This document shows positions 13,912 through 24,370 of a stretch of 64,000 bases of DNA, one piece after another. The notes beneath the pieces are model-generated. The model worked only from the letters and a program-made list of their open reading frames with translations, made no database searches and was not told where the DNA came from. This DNA comes from Mobula hypostoma (Eukaryota). Each line of letters begins with the position of its first letter. Within the stretch, counting starts at the first letter, position 1. A program made the position numbers and the translations under genes. The stretch is from positions 235,910,001-235,974,000 of the forward strand of contig NC_086098.1 in assembly GCF_963921235.1 (NCBI RefSeq), written 5' to 3'.

Positions 13912-14310
13912 TATCATGGTCCCTTCTGGCAATCCCCCACCTTGCTATTTGCCTCAGGAATTGGGCCTCAAACCACCACCCCCCCCCCCCGTTTAATTTG
14001 ATCATTCCCCGGTTCCACTAACTACACACAGCTGCTTTCCATCAGAAAATGCAGTATAAAGACCCAGTGATCACAACAAGGTGCTGTCAGTTCGTTGGTC
14101 GACTCCGGTGTGAGTAACCTCGTTTCATGGTTCTTAGGACTGTCAGTTCCAAGTCTAGCAACGCTCCTGGATTCTTTCCCAACCCAGGAGTCCGGGTAAA
14201 GACTCTCCTGGTTACCGATTCCACGCTCGCTACGTCAATAACGCCTCCCGACTCTGCCCCCGCGCCCGTATTCTGCACTTGGGTTCGTCCACCGCCACGC
14301 TCGTGTAACA
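13912..14310 (+). repeat. 3' LTR of Gypsy element
   Basis: TATCATGG...TGTAACA, homologous to the 5' LTR with multiple substitutions and indels. Confidence 0.95.
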
Positions 14311-14740
14311 CTCATATGTGGTACCTTGTCAAAGGTCTTCTGAAACTTCAAGTGAACAACAGACAACCGATTCTCCTTTGTCTATCCCGCATGTCGTAAC
14401 TTAAAAGAATTCCAAAAGACATGCCAAATAAAATTTTCCCATAAGGCTACTACGCTGACTACGGATTTTGTTTTTATCACGTGCCGCCGAGTGCCATGAA
14501 ACCACGTAACAAAAGACTCCGACATCTTTCCAACCATTGACGTCAGACTAACTGGAGTATATCTTTCTTTCTTCTGCCTCTCTCCTTTCTTGAAGAGTAG
14601 ACTGATATTTGCAATTTTCCATTCCTCCGGAACTGGGCCAAAATCAGTTTATTCGTGAAAAATCATTAGTAATGCCTCCACAATCTCTTCAACCACCACT
14701 TTCAGAGCTCCCGGGTGAAACCAACTTGTCCAGGTGAGTT
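14311..14740 (-). mobile_element. CR1 LINE ORF2 RT fragment (upstream part of 8140-9206)
   Basis: Contiguous CR1 RT sequence once the Gypsy is removed. Confidence 0.75.
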
Positions 14741-15519
14741 ACATACATGCAGACTATTCAGGCTTCCAAGGTGTTTCTCTCTGGTAATGCCAAGTTCACT
14801 GTCCTCTGCCCCCTGACCCTCCGGAACGTCCGGCATCCTGCTAGTGTTTTCAACAGTGAATTTAGACGAGGTTTAGAAGAGGCTTGTCAAGAAGATAATA
14901 TTTTTGCGAAGGGACAGCCAGTTGGATATAAAATAGGCTTGATGAAAAAGTGTCAGGATGGCAATGAAGTGTAAATTCAGATAGAGCAACTGTGTTTATC
15001 AGCATCCCACAGAGACGTACCCCAGATTCTGTGCATTATATAATTATATAATTATATTCCTCTTTCGCCATCTTTTAAATCTTCCTCCGCCAGAACTTCT
15101 GAGCACGGAACTAGACCGCGCGTCTCAACAGGGACGCATTGGAAATGGAGCAGACACTTCACATCGGATGTGGTCCGGTCACAGATTTAGGTGGTTAAAT
15201 AACCTGTTGCCATTACCACTCCTCCCCCACCCACACCCACGAGATGTACGGTATTTAAAAGGGGTAGAATAGTGGGCGTTTGAAGCTTTGAGACTTGTGC
15301 GTGAATGGATTGAGCGAGTCACTAACGCAGATGGAGACAGTGTACCACTCATGGTGGGAGGTCAGAGTTTGCTCAGACGGTGGCGGATTTTGAACACGAT
15401 GCGGTCAGGGACTGGGTGAGGCGCACAGCAAGCGGATGCTTAAGGATTAGCCGGATAAACAAGTGCGGGGCGTGGGGGGAGGGGGCGCGGGATAGAAAGA
15501 AGGTAAGCAGAGAAACAGG

Positions 15520-15850
15520 TGATGGCGGGAGGTCAATTCTATCCTGCCAAACTGGTGAATATTCTCACACCAGCCATTACTCTCTGGTTTGGTGCAGAAT
15601 CCTCTGACAAAATACAAAATCTGCAGCGAACTTCCAGACGAACTGAAGATGTCATTGGCTGCAGTCGACCATCACTGGAGGACTTGCATGTGTCCAGGAG
15701 AAAAAGGCGGGCAGGAAAAATCATTGCAGACACCACGCAACTTGCAAACTGCCTTTGTTTTTCAAAATAAACTCTAGTTGAGAGCGTTTTAGAATTATCA
15801 AAACAAGTATTTCGCGCCATCTCCATCACCTTAAACGTATTTTCCCCCAG
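15520..15850 (+). mobile_element. Degenerate Rex1-like LINE 3' fragment
   Basis: ILTPAITLWFG...LQRTSRRTEDVIGCSRPSLEDLH...RRAGKIIAD, resembling Rex1 C-termini. Confidence 0.6.
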
Positions 15851-16668
15851 GCGATCAAATGATTCTGCGGATGCTGGAAAATTGGAGCAGCAGATACAAA
15901 ATGCTGGAGCAACGGATCAGGTCAGGCAGCATCTATGGAAAGTCGACGTTTCGAGCCGAGAGATTTCCATAGATCCTGCCAGACCTGATGATTTCCTCCA
16001 GCAATTTGTTTGTGTTACTTCCGCAGGCTATTAATCTGATCAAGCATTTGTAGCAACACTCACATCCCCATCTATTACCCCAGTGACTGCGCTGCACTTT
16101 AAATACTTTAAACCTCGTTTTATATGTTGCGTACATTGTACATAGATGCTGCTATTTATTTGTGCACATTTTATTCCATATGCTGATTTTAATTTCTACC
16201 TTTAATTTTATATAATTATTCCTTGTAATGCTTCAATGTTCTGTTTCATGTCACGCCAACGCACTGCAGCAAATTCCTAATGCTGTATATGGCGAATAAC
16301 ATTGATTGTTGATCCTTGAAGATAGAGTATACGGAGAACGGCTTGGATAAGGAGGGGCGGGTGAGCCGTTTAAACTGGCTTCACCGTAAGTCTATGTCAG
16401 GTAGTTTAAAGTTGTCATGTTACTCACTACTAATTCGTTCGACGCCCAGAGAACAGCCGAGTAAAGACAGACCGATTGTAAACCCGCCGCTGAGTTGCCT
16501 CTTAATTAAGTGCTATATTACAAATTTCAATTACAATACGGTCACCGTCTCCTAGTGTTTCTCCCCCCATTCTACAAACAGCAAAAGTTCAGACACAGCA
16601 GAGAGGGAAACATTCTACATAGGATTACGCGTACCGAACGATGGGCGATCAGAACATTCAACTCTGTA

Positions 16669-16686
16669 TTTATTAAACATTTTATT
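16669..16686 (-). terminator. Two AATAAA polyadenylation signals of the IgL gene
   Basis: TTTATT on the plus strand at 16681-16686 and 16669-16674, 105-120 nt past the stop codon. Confidence 0.85.
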
Positions 16687-16790
16687 AGTTCCCAGAAATG
16701 GACATTTTCTACAGAATTACATTGCAGAAGGCGGCTGCACCGCATCAGTGCAGTTTTCACTGCATTCGTGAGCTGCCAACCGGCAGAGCC

Positions 16791-17119
16791 TCACTGCGCA
16801 CAGGCGGACGAAGAGATGGTGTTTCGCAGTGGCGAGCTCAGCGAGCTGTGGCTCACGCTGCAGGAATAACTCGAGCCCTTGTTCCAGGCAGCGGTGGTTA
16901 CTCGCAGGTAACTGCTCAGCCTGTAGGTCTGGTCGGTGTCCGTGGACACGGCGCTTGTCATCACACCACTGTCCGTCTCCACGCCATCCACGTTCCAGCG
17001 CAGCGCGACCAAGCCCGGCTTAAAGCCGCTCACTAGGCAGGATAGAGTGGCAATACCCGAGCCGGTCTCATCGGGAGAGGGAGGGAGCAAGTGAATCGAG
17101 GGCTTTCTGCTCTCGCTAC
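16791..17119 (-). CDS. Ig light chain constant exon (type I / sigma-cart, NS5-like)
   Basis: Acceptor cacacag at 17121-17120; (S)SESRKPSIHLLPPSPDETGSGIATLSCLVSGFKPGLVALRWNVDG...YRLSSYLRV...WNKGSSYSCSVSHSSLSSPLRNTISSSACAQ*; C1-set Cys/Trp/Cys and terminal interchain Cys intact; phase 1 matches the J donor. Confidence 0.97.
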
Positions 17120-17877
17120 CTGTGTGTGAGAAAGGCGATGGGAGGAGGAGGAAAATATCATCATTAGCCAGTGAATTTCCTAAAAAGCGCCACACACTGA
17201 CCGAGCTCCCGTCAAATTATGATCACAATGTACCAACTATACAGACAATCGGTGAAATCTTGGGTACACAGTGCGGGCATTCGACCCATCGACGGTCCCT
17301 TTCATGGAATCGTTGCCACCCCTCAGGTCTGGTACTGGTAGACTGTTGCCCACCCCTCAGGTCAGGTCTGGTAATTTTCACGCATTTGATACCGTCCCGG
17401 TGGTATTGTTCTCTTTGCTGTGGAAGGTATCTGAGGGATGAGGTGGGGTGGGGGAGGTTACGGGGTGGGGTGGAGTGATGAGCCTGGCAAATCCCCAAAT
17501 CTATATTCTATCCATTATGTGGTTTTGGATATTCCAGCTTTAGACGTTCATAGACGGGGGCGCCCCGGTATTGGAGTGGCAAGGTAGATATCGATATCTC
17601 GCCATCCAATAAGGCAGCACGAAGCGGCGAAGATACAGAAAGGGTCAGAGAGATGAGTGTTTTATCTGTATGTCATCTTCAATGTCCTTTATTATCCTTC
17701 ATTGTATTTGGCAATAATGACGCATTCTCTGTCACAAGCTAGGAAACGTTGACTTATCACGTATCATGCCTGTTAACACTAGTTTGAATGATTGACCTCT
17801 AATAAATTTAGGGTTGAGTGCGGGAGATGAGTTGGCGACAACTGGAATATGAGGACGGGATTTACGGATTAAAAGTT

Positions 17878-17915
17878 GGGACTTTCGAGTCGCTCTGCCT
17901 CGTGTGGGAAATTTC
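17878..17915 (+). promoter_or_regulatory. Pair of kB-like motifs in the J-C intron
   Basis: GGGACTTTCG (17878-17887) and GGGAAATTTC (17906-17915), each 9/10 to GGGRNWYYCC; function is inference. Confidence 0.3.
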
Positions 17916-18125
17916 AAAGGATGAACAAAACGTGGAAGCAATTCCCGACATTTAATAATCGTGTTCTCCCGAGGATCTGAATAGCCAAGGATGCCGAACT
18001 GAATGTGCAAATTCTGCCTTGAAGAGAGATCGATACTTCGGCCAGGATAGAGCCATCTAACAGCACGATTGAAATGGAGATTTCTTCGAAAGCCTAATTT
18101 GATATAAAACGAGAGGATTACTTAC

Positions 18126-18485
18126 TCTTTATCTCCAGAATCGTCCCCGGTCCGTAGAACCAACCAACACCACTTTCCCACACTCTGCAGTAATAGACGG
18201 CCGAGTCGCCGGGCTCCAAGCTGCAGATGGTCAGGATGTGACTGTTGGCGGAGGTGTCTCTGGACGGTTGAAAACGTTCGGTGATGCCGGGTCCTCTGTA
18301 AATGATATTACTCGTGGTATGACTAATCACCCCCTCCGGTCTCTTCCCGGGACAATGTCGGTCCCAAGCAAATGTGTAACTTGCAACGTTTCCGTTCTGT
18401 ATCCGGCACTCTAAACGGGCAGTCTGCCCCGCGGAGACAGGACCGGGCACTGGGGTCTGATTGAGGACTGGGACCGCCAGGATAC
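18126..18485 (-). CDS. Ig light chain germline-joined VJ exon (type I / sigma-cart)
   Basis: Acceptor cattacag (18487-18486), donor A|GTAAGT (18125); (G)ILAVPVLNQTP...LECRIQNGNVASYTFAWDRHCPGKRPEGV...RFQPSRDTSANSHILTICSLEPGDSAVYYCRVWESGVGWFYGPGTILEIK; one 360-nt open exon, no heptamer/nonamer between V and J. Confidence 0.97.
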
Positions 18486-18633
18486 CTGTAATGAGACACA
18501 ATAAAACTACCAGGTGACTTGCAGCCACCAGAACTGCTATCAATCGCTGAAGACTCTCAGAAAACTGGCTTTCAAAGTTTCAACGAATTTCTTTTTTGCG
18601 GATAATTCGTGCGTTAACTAACCCGCCGCTCAC

Positions 18634-18682
18634 CTGGTAAATGGACCATTAGAGCCCACAGGAGATGCAGAACCGGGGACAT
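18634..18682 (-). CDS. Ig light chain leader exon MSPVLHLLWALMVHLP(G)
   Basis: ATG at 18682-18680, 49 nt, donor CAG|GTGAG, phase 1 matches the VJ exon; 148-nt intron. Confidence 0.93.
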
Positions 18683-18730
18683 TCCTTCAGTCAGCGAACG
18701 TCCTAACATCCAACCGAACTGTTCGCTACT

Positions 18731-18857
18731 ATGCAAACACCGGGAGCGTCTCCGGTTCCAGTGTCTGCAAACTGGACGCTCCGGACTCTTTATTAACCGG
18801 GGATGTTAATGAGTGGGAGGGGGCAGAGGCAGGATGGGGGCGGAGACTGACCACCTG
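18731..18857 (-). promoter_or_regulatory. IgL promoter: variant octamer GTTTGCAT (18738-18731), GTTTGCAG (18772-18765), E-box CAGGTG (18857-18852)
   Basis: Motifs 49-175 nt upstream of the ATG; the region is homologous to the pseudogene upstream region 41380-41570. Confidence 0.6.
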
Positions 18858-19592
18858 CCCTCTGGAATCTATTGTTTGTGAATTCATCACGGTAAAAATA
18901 TTAACCTCGACCTTGAAAATATTTTTGTTTAGCTGTGTTACATCAAAGATCCAAGGCAATCCGGTCTGATCAATATCTAGAAAAGGGATTGGGGGTGGAC
19001 AAGATTTTAGACATTCGATTGACGGCTGCACTTAGCAACATGCAGCAGCTAATGTCTGCCTGATCGAGCGATCAAGCCTACTCTCTGCAAAAAATCCCTG
19101 TAACCGCCTTCAAAACAGACTTATGAATGTACTGACACAGTTCCTGCTTTGGGAAAACCATGTCATAAACACCGCTGTTACTTTTCTTTTCTGTTTGGAT
19201 TTAAATAAAGCTAATCGCAAAAATTCATAAATCCTAATCGACTCATGTTCAAAGTTTAAGTTCGAAGTAAATTTATTATCAAGGATTGTATATGTCACCC
19301 GAGATTCATTTTCTTGCAGGCATTCACCGTAGAAAAATGACATACAATAGAATCAATGAGAAACTACACAGAAAGACTGACAAACATTCAGTGTGCAAAA
19401 GAAAACAGACTGCGAAAATAAAAAAAACAAATAATAATAATATTCATATAAAGAAGAAAATATATAATAATGAGAGCATGATGTCGATTCTTTGAAAGTG
19501 AGTCGAACAAAACTGCAATTGAAGAATCATCAATCCGCAAAAGACAAACTGAGAAGATACAACAATAGTAGTAATAATAATAATTATTATTA

Positions 19593-19860
19593 TTGAAAGA
19601 AGAAATTGAAAGACTTTGGAACACGAACAAGTTGAACATTGTCTCGATAGTATTATCGACAAATGGTGTCATCCCAAAGGAACTACACAATCGCATTAAA
19701 CGATGAGATCTACTCAGTAATATCTATGTAAATCTTCAGAAAGCCACAATACTAGACAGCACTCGAATAATCCGAAAGTTCTTAGTAATTGACAAATGAT
19801 CATGCTTGGCCATGCCTGGACTTCATGTTTTACTAACAAGAGTTGGGAAAATTCGATGTA
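19593..19860 (+). mobile_element. 5'-truncated Dong/R4-like non-LTR retrotransposon within (TAA)n
   Basis: LKEEIERLWNTNKLNIVSIVLSTNGVIPKELHNRIK...NIYVNLQKATILDSTRIIRKFLVIDK*, resembling the RLE-domain C-terminus; TAA repeats on both flanks. Confidence 0.75.
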
Positions 19861-20554
19861 AATAATAATAGGAATATTATAATAAATAAATATAGATAGA
19901 TAGAGAGAGAGAGAGAGACCGACAGATAGATAGACTGATCGATATATAATATTGAGGACGTGAGTTGTAGAGTGAGCCAAAATGTTGTGGAATCTGTTTA
20001 TTTTTGAGTATGAAAAGCATTATCCACAGTAGTTAAAGGAACATTAGAGCCCAGATACTACTTCTAGATTCATTTTCTGTAGGTATTTGGAATAGAACAA
20101 ATCAATGGAATAGAATCAATGAAAAACGATACACAAACAAACAATGAATAAAAGAAAGACGAACTGTGCAAATTTAAAACATAAATTAATTAATAGCACT
20201 GAGAACATGAGTGATAGAGACCTTGAATGTGTTGTGTAAGGACGGGTAATTAATTAATGGCAAAGAATGCATCACCTGACATAACAAAAACGTTCCCAGG
20301 ATCAGCTACTCGATTTTATCATGGAAGTCCGCAGTTCCAACAACTCCTGTATTGGCCCCACGATCATCACCCTCAAAACCGCCGCTTTGGAACTGCAGTG
20401 TGAGCCATTACAAAATGATTAAAGAAAGTAGTTCGCCTTTCGGTCACTGGACCATCACGCCTCCCCTGCCATTGAATAACGCTGCTGGTAATAATTTCCC
20501 TGGGTTCCGCGTTTCTGTACTATATCCATATGTACCAATTCATCTTGTGTCTAA

Positions 20555-20870
20555 CATATATATATATATAGGCGTCCGTTAGTCTCGTGAGACCATGGAT
20601 TTGTGCCTTGGAAGGTTTCCAAGGCGCAGGCCTGGGCAAAGTTGTATGGAAGACCGGCAGTTGCCCATGCAGCAAGTCTCCCCTCTCCACGCCACCGATG
20701 TTGTCCAAGGGAAGGGCACTAGGACCGATGCAGCTTGGCACCGGGGTCGGCGCAGAGCAATGTGTGGTTAAGTGCCTTGCTCAAGGACACAACACGCTGC
20801 CTCAGCTGAGCTGGACTAGCGACCTTCGGATCACTAGACCGACGCCTTAACCACTTGGCCACGCGCCAAC
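20555..20870 (-). mobile_element. tRNA-derived SINE with (TA)n tail and TSD
   Basis: Box A TGGCCAAGTGG head; same family as 40114-40420; TSD ttgtgtctaa (20545-20554) / ttgtatctaa (20871-20880). Confidence 0.85.
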
Positions 20871-21239
20871 TTGTATCTAAAGATCCCTGAAATTCCTTCT
20901 TGAATGTACTTAGCGACTGATCATCAAGTTGACACACACACACGGAAAAAAAAACTTTCTGATTTCGGTCCGGAGTGACAGAAGTTGCGTTTTGATACTC
21001 TGACACTTGATTCTAGATATCCTCACCAGGAAAACTATTACCACTGTATTTCCATCATTTCCATCCTGTTGTTTCAGTTAGATGGCCTTTCGTTAAATAT
21101 AAGGAGGCCCGGTCTGCTAAATTTCCTTTCATATGAACCAGTATATTAACCATTAACGTATTCTTTTCGTCAGTGATATCACATATCGTTCCCGAGAGAT
21201 CTGACCCTTGCACGGTATTCCAATTCTGATCATACTAAC

Positions 21240-22200
21240 TCCCTATTGCAGGAAGGCATCCGCCATGGACAGTCGCAAGCCCGTCTGCGAAAGTAGGAGG
21301 GTTGGGCCTGGGTCTAGCAAGCCCACCCCATAAAAACCCAGAGCTAAAGGAACGCCAACAGAAGAGGAAGGATTTTGGCCTCGAAGACGTATGCAATTGT
21401 GTGGTGAAAGTGGACGAAACTGGGTCAACGTTCGGCTCAGGACACAGGACTCTGGCGTGCTACTGTCGGCAGCCTTTGCCCCAGTAGGGGTGATGGGCTT
21501 AAGACGAAGAGAATATCATCGTTTAACGCTCAAGTACACATGAACACATGCTAATGTAAGCCTTTTTACTATTGCTTGTTTTATTGTATCTACGTATTAA
21601 CTTCCAGAGATCCGTATGCAAGCACACGAGCCCTTTTTTGTCATATTCTGGTGGGGAAGGTGGAGGGAGTGTTGGGTCGTGGGGGTGAGCTACCACTACA
21701 TATGAAATGGTCCTAATGGCGTACGTGTGAAATAGCCTCTGACCACCAAGTTTAGATTCTGGACTTCACCTGATGTTCAACTGCTAACCGCGCCGTAACC
21801 ATTTCTATTAACAGGATATTCCAATACTCCATTAATCCAATGCTACACTATTGACTATTAAGAGACAAAGGCGGCTTACTGGCACATGAAACCCATTTGC
21901 CTCGGCCAGCTAGGGCTCGTTAGCCGTGGTTGGCAGCTGATCTACGAGAAGGAAACCTCTGAACTCAAACTTCCACTGCCTTGAGACAATACCCACTCAT
22001 GGGGAAGACTTCGGAAGTAAACCCAGAATACATATCTGAAACTGGAGTCCATCAGGCAGTCCTATATTGAGTTCAACGCTGACTGGCAACTCCTGTTACG
22101 CCTCTGGTGTCAGACTGTATAGGCTGCGTAGAGAAGGGGAGTCGGCTGCATGGGCAACAGCTTGTTCTCTATATGCTATGTTCTGACCATTGCAGTTCTG
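21240..22200 (+). mobile_element. RTE-like LINE 5' remnants
   Basis: gggttgggcctgggtctagcaagcccaccccataaaaaccc motif, also seen at ~55960; highly degenerate. Confidence 0.45.
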
Positions 22201-23459
22201 AATGGACGTACACTTACTTCGAATGTGTGACCTTTGATTGAGTTGCCGGTTGGATATATATTCGCTATGGATGTATATTTATATATCAAAACCAGCAAGA
22301 GGGTGGTGAATATGAGGATGTTGTAGTCATATAGGGACAGGGAGGGTGAATCCTTGACTGCATTGAAAGCAGAGATTGAAAAATTATTGATCGTTCAAGG
22401 TTACAGGAAGAAAGCAGGAGAATGTGACTGAGAAAAGAAATGTAGGAACGACGGAGGACACTTGATTGTCCTCATCTATTCATGCATCTTATCCTCTGAC
22501 ATAACGGTAGGAAGACCACAATACTCCTTCTTCAGTTACATATTTATTGAAGTCCGGCAAATCCATTTGTTTATACACCGTACCTTCTGGTTCACACATT
22601 TTATTGCGTATATTCTATATCAAGAAACAAACAGGTTTATGAGATATAATTTAGCTATGAAAATTCTAGAGCAGCGTTTGTTTATTTGCATTTCACTTTC
22701 CGAGCTGCCATGTCAGCACTCCAGTATTGATTTCCCCCGTGGTACAGAGGTAAACTCCCTCTCTCTCTCTCTCTCTCTCCCTGCCCCCTTTCTCTCTCTT
22801 TCTCTCCATCTTTATATCGCCCACTATCTACTCCCTCTCTTAAAGGGTGAGATTAATCGTAGAAACATGTAAAATTTGTAGGACAGAAATGGATCTACTG
22901 TGCCATCGCTTACAGAAATTTGCGCAGACCGTCATCAGCTCACAGTGATTTATTATTTTTCAGAGCCAGATAATTCTATAAAACAACATTTCTGCTTTTA
23001 CCCCAGTACGTTACTGCGCTGCTGATGAACGTTTCTGGACGGTTTCTTTTGACGTGTTTCCATGAAAGCAAACTCAAATCATTTGTTTATTTCTCCGCCA
23101 TTTCTTTGCTTTAGAATCTACGGTCTCAGGACCAGCCTTCACGCAATCTACGTTTCTCTCCCGTTTTCCTTTTTATTTAACTTATCTACGTAAACTTGCT
23201 GTATTTCTTCTAATGCTTCCTGCTCGTTTCCTCTGATTTTTTTTTTCCTTCACCAGTTTATTGAATCTTTTTTTGTTTGCTGGGCTGCATTTTCTGCTCC
23301 TTCCGTCAATGTTAAAACACTTTTCCTCTGGTCTTCGTAACCAAAAGATTTTTATTCCTCGTGTATATCAAGGAGGTAAGTAATAAAGTCAATTCAATTC
23401 AATTCTAAGCTCTTCTTATAATTTCAGGTAGTTTTTTTGGCCTACTGTGCTAATAAAAT

Positions 23460-24370
23460 ACACATCATAGAAACACAGAAAACCTACAGCACAATACAGG
23501 CTCTTTGGCCCTCGATGGCTTGCCGAACTTGTACTTATTTTAGAAATTACCTAGGGTTGCCCATAGCCCTCTATTTTTCTGAGCTCCATATGCCTATATA
23601 GTAGTCTCCTGAAAGACCTTATCATATCCACCTCTACCACCGTCGCAAGCAGCCCATTCCACGGACTCACCACCTGCTGCGTAAAAAACTTGCCACTGAC
23701 ATCTCCTCTCTACCTACTTCCAAGCACCTTAAAACTGTGCCCTCTCATGTTAGCCATTTCAGTCCTGGGAAAAAGCCTCTGACTATCCACACATTCAATG
23801 CCTCTCATCATCTTCTACACCCCTATCAGGTCATCTTTCATCCTCCGTCACTCCAAGGAGAAAAGGCCGAGTTCACTCAACCTATTCTCAGAGGGCATGC
23901 TCCCCAATCCAGGCAACATCCTTGTAAATCATCTATGCACCCTTTATATTGTTTCCACATCCTTCCTGTAGTGAGGTGATCAGAACTGAGCACAGTATGG
24001 CAAGTGCGCTCTGATCTGGGTCCTATAAAGCTGTAATAATACCTATCGGCTGTTAAACTCAAACCCACGACTGATTAAAGCAATGCAGTGTAAGTCTTCT
24101 GAACCAGAGACTCAACGTGCGAAGGAGCTTTGAATCTCCCATCGACTCTGACCCCAAGATCCCTCTGATCCTCCACACTGCCAAGAGTCTTACCATTAAT
24201 ACTATGTTCTGCCATCATATTTGACCTAGCAAAATGAACCACCTCACATGCATCTGGGTTGAAATTCATCTGCCACTTCGCAGCCCAGTTTTGCATCCTG
24301 TCGAAGTCATGCTGTAACCTCTGACTGCACTCCACACTATCCACATCACCTCCAATGTCTGTGTCATCAC
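23460..24370 (-). mobile_element. CR1 LINE 3' fragment
   Basis: CSQRLQHDFDRMQNWAAKWQMNFNPDACEVVHF...RDLGVRV and CR1 3' UTR. Confidence 0.85.

Larger units (their letters stand above)
9207..14310 (+). mobile_element. Ty3/Gypsy LTR retrotransposon (sushi/chromovirus-like), both LTRs present, 5-bp TSD CTCAT
   Basis: LTRs 9207-9583 and 13912-14310; CTCAT at 9202-9206 and 14311-14315; gag CCHC CFYCGQRGHFRDTC, protease [17 protein letters not shown], RNaseH, integrase [14 protein letters not shown]. Confidence 0.95.

Noticed and set aside
15120-15480. Possible IgL 3' enhancer
   Set aside because: Only position and an isolated E-box support it
16791-17195. ORF-track start MWRFLGNSLAND for the C region
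   Set aside because: Intronic; the exon starts at the acceptor, 17119
18118-18543. ORF-track N-terminus MIAVLVAASHLVVLLCLIT as the signal peptide
   Set aside because: It is intron read-through; the real leader exon is 18682-18634, confirmed by its homolog at 41845
22900-23340. A-rich minus-strand stretch reading MQPSKQKRFNKLVKEKK...
   Set aside because: Short, composition-driven, no splice or homology support
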